A DNA stretch of 64,000 bases from Podarcis filfolensis. Its lineage: Eukaryota. Positions 1 to 13,579 of this stretch are shown piece by piece (within the stretch, counting starts at the first letter, position 1; each line of letters starts with the position of its first letter). Under the pieces are notes generated by a model. That model saw only the letters and a list, made by a program, of their open reading frames with translations, was not told the origin of the DNA and did not search any database. Made by a program: the position numbers and the translations under genes. Location of the stretch: assembly GCA_964270895.1 (NCBI GenBank), contig OZ185442.1. The stretch is one strand, 5' to 3'.

Positions 1-2489
1 ACAAGTTCCTTAGCTTACTTTGGGACAAGAGAATACCCTAGGCTACATCTAAGAGCCACCACTAAAAGCCTAGAAATCCCTGCTCCTTAGGCTCCACCAG
101 GGCTTTTCTGTAGGAACTCTAATCCTGTTATGCATAGAGCAGTGCCCAACCCGCGTACTTCCATCTCCAATGCATCAAAACAGGGGACCTTCCTTGAGAT
201 GAGAGCCAAGAGAACAGCATCAGCACAGCTTTAGATGAGACACAAGGAAGGAGAAGCAGCAGCAGCACAGGGTCCAGAAGCTGGAGGAGCTCGTGTTACA
301 AGACAGTAGAGGCCACAGTGGTGAAGACAGCAAGTACTACAAGTTCAAACAGGGAACCTTATAGGGAAGAAGCAGAAAAACAAGCTCCCAATTCCTAAGT
401 ACTTTTCCAACATTCAAACTGCAGCACAGCCCCTTCCATCTTCCTCAAGCAGTTGCACGTATTCTGAGGAGGAAGTGGCAAGCACAACACTTACAATACA
501 ATGCCACTTTAGATGAAGGATCATTTTTGTAAACAGTCGTCCCTCAAATAAACCGCAAAGCAGGAATACTTAGCTGTCAGACTGAAACTGACAGGGTCTG
601 AGGAGACTGCATGGAGGCTTAGGTGATGCTGAGACAGAGACCTGCAGTGCTTGGAACTCAAGAGACTGCTACTCGTCTCTTTTTAAAACAATGGCTCACT
701 CAAGGCCACTGAGAGAATGGAGTGACTGGCTGGCTAATGCCTTCGGCAGTCTGTCTCTTCCCAGGCAACTAGTCCCCTCACGTGCATCTCGCACAAGCTC
801 CTCCTCTTCGGTAGCATCACTATATGCCTGCAAAAACCACTGCTGCTGATTATGGGAATTTACTCAGGAGAGCATTTTTCTTTCATTAACCAATGGGGCA
901 CTCACACTAGGATCGAGGGAAGGCGTTGTAGTTGGCTGAAGGGAAGCAATGTAAGAATAATACGTTGTGCATCTTATTTGAATGCATGTGCTAGCCAGGA
1001 TGGTGGGGGCATCCTCTCCTTTCACAGCATTTGCTGCAGGGTCACCATATGCAAGTACCAGTTTCTTCCCAACATTGTGTAGGATTCGGAAGATGATATG
1101 ACCAAGGTTATTCCTTGCCTCCTACAGTATGAATGGCAGCTCTAATCACCCTGCAATTAATCTGCTGGCTGCCTCTCTTGCAAGTGACTTGAGTTGCCCT
1201 GGGAGCATCCTCCACCATCGCCACCCCATTTCAGAGTCAAGGTGGATTCCTTAGGATAAAGAAGTCTATGCCTTGTCTCAGAGTTAAAACACAGATTAAC
1301 ACAATACTGAAGGGCATCCAGGTGTGGTTGAAAGGGAGGGGGAGGGAATAGAGGCTTTGGAATGCACTGAGCATGCACTAGTTGGGGAACTATGGCACAC
1401 ACCCCTTTCCAATGTCACCATTCATAGATTCAGTAATATCAGAAGCAGGGGAAGGAAATCCAATCTAGTGGCCACAGTCCAAAAAAACCCTTCAGTACAC
1501 ACAGGCTTGCCCACTGATCTCTGATTTCCCTAATCATCTCTCCTTAATTTTGGAGGCCTGAAACAGTCAGTGGGCCTCAGGGGTGGGGTGAGATTCTTGC
1601 ACAAGCTTTTCCAGTTTGCCATCCTCAGGAATACAAAGCCACACTCTGAACGACCTGCTTTCCAGTAGGATGAAAAATAAAGGTTTCCTAAAGCTAAAAA
1701 CTTTTGTGCCTTTTACCAACACTTCAAGAGCAGCAGAAAATATTCACAGTAGTGGTATGGCTGAGTGTCCACATCATCATTAAGATCAGCTGGTCCCATT
1801 GCCAAAAGCCCCTCGCTTTTGTGACGTTAATGCAGAATGCTGAGAAGTTGACATCTGACTGAGCAGTTGCAGCAAAGCAGGAAAAGTGGCAGGGAGGGGA
1901 AGAAGATGTTGCACTCAAGCCTTGAGTCAGGCAGACTCATGATTTAGCCCTCTAAAGCATACAGGCAACCATGTCTAACAGGCTGATAGATATCCTACTA
2001 TACACAAGGAGCCTGCACATGCGTATTTCCTCTTCTTCGAGTTCCTCCCTGTGCTCTCCAATCAACAGACAAGGAGCACACTCCTGCTCATTGCAAACAG
2101 GTACTGTTACTAAAAGCATCACTTCAGCAAAGATACCTCTCCCATCCAACTCTCAGAAAGCTATCCCCCCCTCCCCTCCCCCGTCCTTGCTTAGTGTAGG
2201 GAGCCCTGCCAGCTTCCCCACTTCCCAAATGGCTGATGATCTCTTTAGATGGATTCTTGACAGCAGAAAAGTCTTACACCCTCCCTGACAGTTCAGGGAA
2301 GAAACTTCAGTAACTTGTAAATAAGAACCCTATGGGTCTAACCCCTTTGGGAAGGACCCAAATCCTCGTTTTCTTCCAAAACCACAGCCTTACTACCCAA
2401 GACCACAGCTCCACCGTAGCTTGTCCAAAGGCTTCCCTTGAGATACAGAATGGTATTGCAGGGGGTGCCTGTAAGACCACTGAAGTTTC

Positions 2490-2512
2490 TTTAATCTGGT
2501 CAATATTTTATT
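2490..2512 (-). terminator. Candidate GLG1 proximal polyadenylation signals (AATAAA at 2507-2512, then ATTAAA at 2490-2495)
   Basis: Two hexamers in tandem on the GLG1 strand about 715 nt after the stop codon, downstream of a U-rich 3'UTR segment. The cleavage site cannot be verified from sequence. Confidence 0.55.
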
Positions 2513-3226
2513 AACCCCAAAGATTGGAGTGGGGGTGGAGAAGTATGGAAGGCATTGCCTTTTGGCAAAAACGGAGGAACAAGCCACAAAAAGAAAAAAA
2601 GAAGTACAACAGAATACAGTAACAAAAGCACAAAAACAGTAGAGATGATGACGGGCCTCTGGAGGCAACTCTTGCTGACTGATTATGTGCTGGAGATGCT
2701 TGTTCCAGGGTGAGCCAGATGTCCAAAGCAAGGCCAGCTGTGAATGGTGGGTGATGTCCCTTCCCCTCGGTCCTCCTGCCTAAGCCAAGGAGCACAAACA
2801 CTTCCACACCAAGACCTACTGTCCAACACTATGTCTGGAACAGATCTTTAAAAATTTGCTTTAAAAACCTCTTGAGCTGCAGGTTGTCAGTCTGTCTGGG
2901 GAGTGAAGGCAGTTCCGACAGTATGAGAAAGAGAGAAAGAGAAAGAGAAAAAACTTGTCTACAGGCAGGCAAACAACAGTCGCTAACGACAGGGTAACGA
3001 AGCTGCTGGCTGGACCGCCAAGGCTGCACGTGCCAACTCGTTCCGAGGGTGGAGAAGCCATGGACGAGATGGGACACTCAGCTGGCACGGGCTGCTGTTC
3101 TAATGTTTGTACTCTCCGGAGAGGTGGGAGGGGAGACTATACAGAGGAGGGCTGTACAAACTGGGCAACGGGCAGGCAGGCAAGCCTTCTTTCCTTCCTT
3201 CTTCCCTTTGACTACCAAGGCAGGCT

Positions 3227-3394
3227 CTACCTGTCCTTCAGCTCTCGTGTCACTCGCTTCGTGATACGCCCACACATCAGGCCAATCAGGAACAGGATGC
3301 AGATGCCCACACTGATCACTGAGAGGATGTAGTTCTTGGATGGAGAGGTCATCACTTGCATGGCAAGATCAGAAAAGCCTTCCGCTGGGGCAAC
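3227..3394 (-). CDS. GLG1: GLG1 exon 26 (last coding exon; TM helix and cytosolic tail)
   Basis: tgccag|GTT acceptor; VAPAEGFSDLAMQVMTSPSKNYILSVISVGICILFLIGLMCGRITKRVTRELKDR then TAG; 168 nt. Confidence 0.97.
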   Translation of the reverse strand, partial: VAPAEGFSDLAMQVMTSPSKNYILSVISVGICILFLIGLMCGRITKRVTRELKDR

Positions 3395-6300
3395 CTGGCA
3401 GGCAAGGAGGAAGAAGAGTCAGCTCCCAAACCAATCGTAACAGATGTCTACAATGTACAGATGAAATTTAGGTCAGTGCTTCAAACAAATCTTCTCTAAA
3501 ACCACCCGATTTGTTACAACCCTGTATAGACCAGAATAGGGTTGCAGGACCATAAACTGGGCTAGGTCGTTTGTCCATGTTATGCTGGTGTTCTGCCAGC
3601 TCCTTCTCTCATAGGTGCTTATCTGAAGCTTCTTTTCTTCTTCACAGGCTTAAGAAATTTAAAATATATATTAAACAGCTTGTAAATTCTTTCAAATAAA
3701 AATAAACGAACAAAGTAGGGCAGGGAGATGGCATTTTCAGTAGTGGCACCTGGGTGAAGAAACACACCTTCTAAAGAAAATCACCTGGCACCAGCTTTGT
3801 GATCTTTTCAGAGCCAGGTGAAGACCTTTCTATTCACCTAGGGGCCTTTGAAGTAACTTGTTTTATGGACTAGTCTTCTTGGCTGTAAAAACTGTGTTTT
3901 GTGTTTTTAGTTTAAGTTTTAGTTTATCACTTTATATTGTACTTTAATTGTGCTTGTTTTGGGCATCAATCAAAGATTTTGTGTAATGGGTTAGCTTTAT
4001 AAATTCCATTAATAAATGATTTTTTAAAGTATCTGATCCTATCCCTCCCTCACATGGTATTGAACACAAAATGATCAACAGCTGTGAAGTAGCAAGAGGA
4101 GTCCTATGCTCCTTATATCCTTTCAACTGCAAGCTTTTCCCTTGAGATTCAGGATGTTCTTTCTGTAACCAATCTCTCCTCAGCAGAGTGTGCAAACACA
4201 AGCCAGGGTATGTGCAGCAAGGTCTCTGGAGAGGAGGAGTGGGGATTCCCCACTAGGGTGCTACATGCTTGTCCAACAGCAGGATGGTATTGCCTTCCAA
4301 ATTTCTCTCTCTCTCTCCCCATTTCAGAGGTCAGGAGCTCAGATATCAAGAGATGGGGCCCTGCTCTGTAACAGCAACTGTTACATTTTGTGCTGCACTT
4401 GCCCTGGCAAGGATAGCTTTCTACAGATGGAATTTAGAATTGCACAGAAGTGGTGAGGAGCCATGCTCGACATGCATATTAAGGCTCTCCATGCCGGTAA
4501 CTCAGACTCGCTTCCAAGACCAATCTAGCATATTGTGTCAAGGATTGTCATTACGGTAGCAGCATTCCATCATGTGTTCACAGCCTTCAGCACCAACACA
4601 TGCATCGTGCTGGAACCTTCCATCTGTTCCAATTCCCTCATATCCCCAACAACCCCTAGGCACCCAGAAGAGGTCTTCCTGGAGGAATAAAGTGAGCAGC
4701 TTTGCTCACCTTGGCAGCGTAGCTCCACATTTCAATGCGGTCATTAAGGCGCTTCTTACACTCAGGCTGCAACCTCACACGCTTGTCCTCCAGGGCCTCC
4801 ATCAGACAAGACATCTCTGCAGAACAGAGGAAAGAGTGTTACAAATGATTGAAGGCACAGTTTTTCTCAGATCATCATGATCTTGATCTTCCCACCCTCT
4901 TGCTATTCTGCGTTTCTCAAGGTGACAAAACAGGTTATGACCATCACACCACTTCATTGGGAGGGGGTGGGAAAGCACTGGGGGGCTCAGAGATTTCATG
5001 GGCACCAGGCAAAATCATCAGGGGTGGATGCGGGCACTACATTGGTGACCCCAGTGTTTAACATATTTTAAATATATTTTTAGAAAATACGTATTGCTTA
5101 GAAAGGATTTTACTCATTAATCTAAACAATGATGATGAAAGTTGCATGAAAGTTCCTCTGTTTTCCCCCAAGTATCTTGATTTTTACCACTGGTGGGGGG
5201 ATTCTATCCACTAGTCCTTCACACCTCTAGGAAGTGTACAAATCTATCCTAAGCAAAGTTGTTTAGAGTGCAATTGTGCCTAGACTTGTTCAATACCAAG
5301 AGCAGGAACAGAAGACTAAAAACGATTGACTCTGTGGAAGTAGCACCACTGGTGGCAGAGATGCTTCCTGGGCTTCTTAGCAAGCTGTAAGACTTACGTC
5401 GCCCTCTTCCTGGTGGGATGGCAGCACAGTGGTGCTTGATGTCAAGGGCACAGGCCGTATGAAGGACGGGGTCCACAAAGATATCAGCTTTACTCTCCTT
5501 CAACATGTTGAGCACCTCCTAGAAGGGCAGAAAATTGCAATGCACCCTCAATATAATGATTTGCATATTTCATCTTAACTTGCTCATCCTCCTGCTGCTT
5601 TATTATACTTGGAATACTTAAACCCTGCTTTATAGCCCTGAGCAGTTCTCAAACAAAGTAAGATTTTTTTTGCAGTGTGGAAGACTCCAGTTGCTTTCAA
5701 ATGGAGCACATCTATAGTAGTCTACTCAAAGTTATGAAGGCATTGATGACTGTTGCCAGGTCGGAATTTGAAAGGGATGTGCTGAAGTGTGGCAACAGAA
5801 AAATGCAAAGGGGAAGGAATAGATGCCTTCCTTTGGCTGACTGAAGTGGACTGAGGAGCAGTGACAGAGGGGAAAGCAAATCACAACCAGCCCTAGGAAT
5901 CCTTGGAACATCCAAGCTAGAGAACAAAGCTGTAGTGCCGAAGAAGTTCCGAAGTGAGGAGAATACCAACAGATTGAGCTGTACACAATCTAGCATTCTC
6001 CCCCTTGCCATTAGCACAGAAGCACACCTAGTTCTTTACCTTCTTGCACATGTCTGCTTTGATCTTTAGCAGATTCACTTTCAGGCATTCTTCCACTTGT
6101 CCTGTCTGCTCCTGGGCTGCTGCTTCCTCAGCGCACAAGCTAGAAATCTTTAAAAACATAAAATACATTAGGTTATAGTACCACAGGCCAACAAATTAGC
6201 CTCCTTTTGGAGGGAGATAGAACAAATTTATGTGACAAAAAGGTCCAAAACATGGAATCTAGCAAGGGAAACAAATGCAACCTTACTTTCCGGTTCAGTA

Positions 6301-9300
6301 TATGTTAGCCCTTTATTACTGAGGAAAGGCTTATAGTGTAACATAGCCCAAAGGATTAGCAACATTATCCAGAGGTCCTCTACTGTGGATGTTGCCTAAG
6401 GCCAAGGCTGGAAGCTATTCCCTGACTTAAGCTAAATTCCAGCTGGCAGAGCCTGGAACAATTTCTGGAAATGAGCAGAGGTGACAAGCAGCACCTACTC
6501 TCCACCCTGCAAGAGCAGGATTCTATGCTTCTATTATAATAGTCTTTGCTCAGCAAGGCAATACTATTAGGGGCCGTCTACTCCTGCTTTTAAGCTTCCT
6601 GTTCCTTTCCAAATTCATGGGAGGCTTGTTCTCAAAGAGGTCCTTAAATATCAGTTACGATGAAACAAGGAGTCTCCCACACACTATTCCTCATAGCATG
6701 AAAAGGACCAAGGGGAGGAACTTTACATATCAACTTAACTCTGGACAGGATGATTCCATATGAAATACGAACGATTTTTGTGTAAGATGCTAAGCTGGGT
6801 TCCCATAATGCTTTGCTCTATAAGCTGCTCTTGGAGCAAATCTATTCTCTGCAAATTGCAAATGCCACTAAAGGTGACAACCACAAGGTGATTTTAAACT
6901 ACTGGGGGATTCAATCAAGACCGCCATAGTTCAAACTGTATTACCAGGAGCTCATGAGAACTTGCCAACATATATAGTGTGAAGGAGGATTGAATTTGAA
7001 AGCTCCTACCTCTTCTGAGCAGTGCATCTGCAACTGAGGATCTAACCGGTAATCAAGAGCGGATTCCTCGATAATCACTCGAATCTGATCTTCACAGTCA
7101 GGAGAGAGACGCTGTTTAAGGGTGAGAACAAGAACAGTCATGCCGCAGAATCATTAATGCACATTCAGCACAAATCTTAACTACTAACCATTAACCACTT
7201 ATCTTAACTAACTTGAGCAATCATGTATTTTTGGTGCATTTTTTAGCACTAAAAATCTCTTAAAGTCAATCTTTGACAGCAAAAGGCAGCTTCGTATATG
7301 GCTTTTTTCTATAGGGAGAATTCTTCATATGGGAAAACATCAGATGAGGCAGCACTTAGACAAAACCTGCAATTCAATTCAAGATGCAAGAATACAGCAA
7401 GCCAAAGCAATCTGATCAAAGAGGGTAATTATGTGTTACATTCACCACACCGGAAGAAGCTCCATGCAAGTGAGCCTCTGACAGCTGGGAATTCTGAATG
7501 CTTCCAGGGTGATAAGGCAGAGATAAGTCCTCCTTCATTGTTTACCTATGCTCATATTCTGTCTCCTAATATCCCTCAATATATTCATGAGGGAAAAGAG
7601 CAGGGCCATTTAGCTGATAAAGAGATAAGATAAGCAGAGGAAGGCTACCAGCAGCTCAATGATCACCTCTACTTTCTGTCTGCAGGTCCAAGAAGAAGCC
7701 TTCTCAACTCTCAGTGGCTGCTTTACACATCACTCCTTTTAACATAATGATTGCACCACTTAGGCTGATCAGTGACACCAGATGGATTACCAAAAATTCA
7801 CTGTTCCAAAAAATAAGCTAATAACATAATGAATTGTGCGATTTCAATATAGTTACAACTTTTTCCAAATATAAGTGGTTAACTTTTAGGACTTGATAAA
7901 ATTAATGTTAAACACTCTATTATTTACAAACATTAAACCGTGTATGGAACTGCATGTTTTCAATTGTCCCATCTTAAAATGTCTTATTAAGTGGGTTTTA
8001 TTGATTTTTCTCTCATAATCAACATTCATTTCAAATGCTTGGTTGCTGGAAAAATTCTTTAGTTATTCAGCATGTAAAATTTACACAGCACACTTTTTAA
8101 ATTTGAAGTTAAATAAACGTAACTTTTAAGTTTAGGTTGACTAAATGAGATCACTGTTACAAATTCCCAGAGAACCTGTATAACTGGGCCTAAGCTTCTG
8201 AGACCTGCCTGTATTTTAAACATGCTTGTTGACTGGCACACGCCACATAGCAGAACAATTCACTTTGGGGGCCTTCTGGCCCTAGGTCCTTATGAAACAC
8301 ATGCCCCATAAGTTACCTGGTCTGCGTATTTCAGCTTCAAGCAGGATATGACCTGCCCTTCAAGCTCGGAATCATCCTTGGCCTTGGTCAGAATGCTCTG
8401 GCAGAACTTGGGGATGTCAGCTTTGCAGGCCTTCCTGAGCACTGGATTCAGGCGGTAATCTACAAAGGAAGAAAGGAGTAAAATTAGTCATGAAGAGTGG
8501 CTGCTGGAATGAGGCGCCAGCTGCAGAACTGAGCCACTTTTACTAAGCAGTCTAGCACTGGAGTTCTTTCTGTCTGAGTTGCCCGTAATGTAGCCAAGTT
8601 GCAAGGCCTTGGCTCTCGGGAAACCAGCTACATACACACAAGGCTCGGCAGATGCCCACAATCCTGTGGGAGCATAGAAAAAAGGAACAAGCTGTGGAAT
8701 TCAGCTTACCTGGTTCCCAGCTCTCATGGTCATGGTTGACCATTAATATGGAGATTGCTCCTGCTTCCCTCCTCCCCTAGTGCAAGCAACAAACCCTGGC
8801 TTAGCATCATATCCACATCAGCAATGTTGTTTGTTCTGCTCAAAGGATGCAAAAGAACAAGGAAGCCAAGAACAAGCTTTAGCTTTACACTATGGTTTGT
8901 TAGGGTCACAACAAACTACTATCCCTGGTTCATACATAACATTTAGGTATGGATTGTGGTTTGTAGGTCCTGCTTGTGATAGGGAGGGCATGCCAATGCT
9001 AAATCATTGCCAGGTGTCATGGATGAGGTGATATGAAAGCCTTCTGTGGTGGCTATCAACTGATGATGCACACAGGGTTAGGGATATCAAAATTTAAACG
9101 CAACTATCCAAACCACGCTGGTTTCCAACTTTGTTTTGTTCTGCCCAGTATTGCATATAAATAGAGCAGTGCAGGTGCTGCTTCCAGGCTGTTCTCATAA
9201 TGTCTGTAGAAATTATCAAAGGGTGGGTGACTGATGTGGTTAACCCGATGCCATGGGAAAATAACCCAGGGGAGGGGGAAAAGGGGTGTTCTTAAAAAAA

Positions 9301-12300
9301 ATTTCTTTATTCAGCAAAAGCTGAGGAACATACACCTGAAAACATACATAGTTATAGCATAGCTAAATCTCTGCATTAGGTGGCAATTTTTAAAAATTCA
9401 GGGTTATATCAAGCTCTTTCAGAGATCCTTTTAACTGGAGATGAACTGAACCTGACACTTTTTGTATGCACAGTATGAACTTTACTATTGGGCTAGGGAA
9501 TCTCCTCTTCTGTTTCAAGTATAAGTAATAACTTAAAATCAGATGTTTTTGTAAGACCAAAAAAAAAAAAAAATCCCACCACTTTTCAAACAGGAAATGC
9601 TGAATGGTGAAGGCACGGGGTTGTGCAAGGAGAGGACAAATTATTTTAACACTCAAGAAAAGCTTGCCTTGGAGGGGATTATACCTACAGCAGACCTGAA
9701 TATACATAACATTTATGCCACACAAACAAAGCAAAGAAGACAGTCTAGTCTGGCAGGCTGAACTTGGGATGCTGCCAGAGCCCTCCCACAGCCTTCCCAA
9801 AGCAGGATAAGCCTGTGATCACAGCTATGCACATGTGTGGGGAGGAAATAGATAAATGGAGAGTGGGTTTCCTTGGCTCTCCATTTATTTATTTACTACC
9901 CGCCCACAAAGCTACAATCGTGTAAGTAAAATAAGCATAAGATGTGAGTTACCTGTAAAAATAACAACCATAAAATATCATAGCACCAGCCCTTTCCTTA
10001 AAAAAGGTCAGTTCCTAAAAGCCTGTTGGAATACAAAAGTATTCACCTGCTAGCAGAAGGGCAACCAGGAAGGAGCCAGTCTAACGTCTCTGGGAAGAGA
10101 GTTCCAATGTCTGGGAGCAGCTACCAAGAAGGTCCTATCTTGTGTGCCCGGCAAACATGCCGTGAGGGTGGTGTGACTGAGTGAAGGACCTCCCCCGAAG
10201 ATCTCAGGGCCCAGGTAGGTTTGTATGAGGGAATATGATCTTTCAGATAGCCTGGATCTAAGCTGTATAGAGCTTTATAAAGTCATAACCAGCACTTTGA
10301 ATTGTTCCTGTTAACAGACCAGTAGCCATTGGAAATGCTTTAAAAAGGAAATCATTTGCTCCGTATATCTAATCCTGGCCAACAGTCTGGCTGCAGCTCT
10401 TTGGGCCAGCTGAAATTTCTGAGCACATTTTAAAGGCAGCTCCACGTAGAGCACATTACAGTAGTCCAGATGGGATATATCAGACATTTCAGGTAATAAA
10501 GATTACAGCCCTTAAGTGCAGACCCCAGGCCCAATTCCAAGAAAACCCCCACCATTACCTGTGTTCTGTGTAATCTGGCGCTTGGTAATCATTTGCTTGC
10601 ATTTGGGATCCATCATTTCGCTGTTTTTGTTCTGTTTCAAACACTGCAGCATGTTCTTCGCATCTGCTTCTGGACAGAATCTCTGACAGAGGGAGAGAAA
10701 GCACCAACAAGTCAGCAAGGGGAGAGCAACAGCACTTCCCATCTTAAGCCAGGACTCGTGTTGCCTGAATGCAAAGTGCTGAAGAGGCACAAGTCAGGCA
10801 CCACTGCACTTCCAGGCTAACTCAGAGGTTGCTTGGCACTGAATGAATTCTTAAAAGGTGTTGTGTTAATACCCGTGCCTATTAATGTCAGGAGAGGTGG
10901 TGGGAACGGCACCTCTAAATCAATGTACTTTTGCAGAGAAAGTTTAGAAACACACTGAACCAAGAACAGGACAGGAAGATGGGAAAAGTGGGGCTTCGCT
11001 CAGCTATAATTCCACATGAGCCTCTTGCTGGTCTGAGTAGTGTGAAGAGAAATCAAAGAGCCGCTGCACTTCCAAGAGCTTTTTTGCTGTATCCCCCTTG
11101 GTATCAGGCCTTTAGGGCATGCACCTGCCTAAAGTTCTGAGAAAGACTGAAGTTCTACAGAAGTTACAGCAGAGGAGAGAGAAAAAGCTTGCCTCTCAAC
11201 CAGGATCTGACACTTTGCCATTTCAGTTTTACTTCTCTGATCTTTCACCAGATATGCTTGAATATCTGGTAGAAGATTAGAATATGGTGGAATATCAACT
11301 GCATATTCACAGTTTAAATATATTTAAAAATATATACTTGAGGGCAGAAGATGTTTTAAGATTAGAACAGTTTAAATCTTTCCAGAATGAAGAGTCAAGC
11401 TTGTACACTAAAAATGGTCAGATTTGGTTTGCACCATAGAATATTGTGAATATTAACAAATCATCCCATGCCATGCAGAAATGGCCTCTGGGTGTGTGTA
11501 CAAGATGGGCCAATTCCCAATGCAAGATTTTGCCTTTGCAGACAAATAAATATGGAAATCAACAAAACTGAGAAGTCTTCATGAGCAGCAGCAGGCAGAA
11601 ACCCAGTTTAAATGTCCAAAAATCTTCCTACAAAAATCCATGTGGATTCCTATTTCAAGGCAATGTCAGCTACATGTACTCTTGCATGGAGGGGAAATGT
11701 TACACTGAAAGCAACATGATGTGGCCTGATTCTAAGCCTCCCCTCATCAACCAGCCATCCTTACCTTGATCATTTGCTTGCAAACACGCATGAGAGTATA
11801 ATCCAGTTCTGGATCCATCATCTCCGTCTCCTGGAGTTTGAAGACTTTCTGATGGCAGCGAGTGCTGAGTTGCTTCTTGTTTTCCTTAAGACACTCAATA
11901 ATCTGCAGTTAAATAAATAGAACATCTCAAGGGTAACTGGACGCTAGATGGCAGCATTGCTAATCTGGGAGTAAGTAAATGACTCAAAGGCTTTAAAATA
12001 ACAAAGCAAAGGCTATGGAACAAAATAGCCAAACCCCTGCATTATTTTAAGCAGCACCTCATCTAAAACAGGAGCAATAGTGGCATTGAGGAGGTCTCAC
12101 CCACAGCACATTTTGGGTGAAGTATTCTAAGGAGGATGCTAAATTGAGGAGGGTTTAGAAGTACCAAAATAAATTATATTAAAAGCCAACTCATAAGATG
12201 GAAGTCACTGTGTTCACTTAGCCTAGGGGGGGAAAAGGTTTAGTGGCTGAAAGTTCAACTCAGCGAGTAAAAGCTCTTTCTTCAACAGTCAACCTGGTAG

Positions 12301-12566
12301 TTTCAATGTAAACTGGCCTCCTTTGGAAGGGTGGGATATTTTGTAGCCACTGACTAAGGAAGAGCTAGAGGAAAATTGAGCCCATGGAGAAGTGCTCTGT
12401 CGTGCTGGAGAAACACTTGCCAGTGGTGCTTAGGAAGTTGATCAGCCCATCCAGTGGACTTGGCTGTGAGTCAGAGTACAAGCAAAAGGTTTGTAAATCA
12501 AAGCAGACTGAAATGGGCTTTGATGCAGAATGTATTCCGGTCAAAGCCTTTCTTGCTAGGCAGAAA

Positions 12567-12606
<40 letters not shown>

Positions 12607-13509
12607 ACTGAAAAGGCAGATCACCTGAGCATTGCCATAGGGGACGTTCTGGCAGTAGTCCCTGATGTCCGATTTGCAGGCCTCATGAAGGTCTGGTTCC
12701 AGGCGGATATCCTCAGTCTGCAAGATGAATCACATTGAAAAAGGATTCAGACTCAAAGGGAAGGTGGAAAGCTTGAACATCCAAAGCAAACAAAACCAAT
12801 TAAAAAAAGTAAAAAGCCCACGAGAGAACCAAGTGTTTATCTTCTAACTAGGAAGCTTTCTGCAGGCAACCATCAGCACTCTTGAGGTTATATATTTATT
12901 TAATAGGATCTCTTTACTCATTCTTCTTCACCCTCATGCTGCACAGTGGATTACAACAATAATATAAATTTATAAAGCTGTTATAATTATAAAGCAAGCA
13001 AAACCTTTCCAAGTGGAACAGAACGCTTTAAATTCAGCAAAAGAGGCCCCACAAAACAAAGGCCAGGATGAAAGAGATATGTCTTCAGCTATGCGATGAA
13101 GATGCTAGAGATACTTCTGTAGGGAGGGACTTCCGCAATGTAGGGGCTGTCACAGAGAAAACCCTCTCCCAGGCTGCCATTCCCTCAACTTCTGAGGGTG
13201 ATGGAACTACCCTCTACAGGTCTGAAAACCCTAGAACAGCTTTTCTCAACCTTGGGTCCCTAGATTTTGTTGGACTACAACTCCCATCACTCCTAGCCAG
13301 CATGGCCAGTGGTCAGGGATGATGAGAATTGTAGTTCAAGAACATCTGAAGATCCAGGGTTGAGAAAAGCTGCCCTAGAAGGTCGACTGGGAAGAGGCAG
13401 TCTTTCAGCTATTTGAGGCCAAAGCTATGAATCAAAATATAACACACTTGTGCAATGCAGTCTTCAGTTTGGCTGCCCAGGAGAGCTCTGGAAAAAATCC
13501 CTTAAAACA

Positions 13510-13579
<70 letters not shown>

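Noticed and set aside
1157-1402. The minus-strand ORF contains LQY...SET, reminiscent of the human long GLG1 tail (LQYRSET, as recalled)
   Set aside because: No AG acceptor places LQY in frame after the 3231 donor. The nearby ttcag gives a different frame, and the similarity is only a few residues.
2955-3332. 125-aa plus-strand ORF
   Set aside because: Antisense shadow of GLG1 exon 26 and its 3'UTR, with no recognisable domain
9390-9800. 136-aa minus-strand ORF in intron 20
   Set aside because: It crosses a poly-T run, shows no homology I recognise and has no splice-compatible link to GLG1
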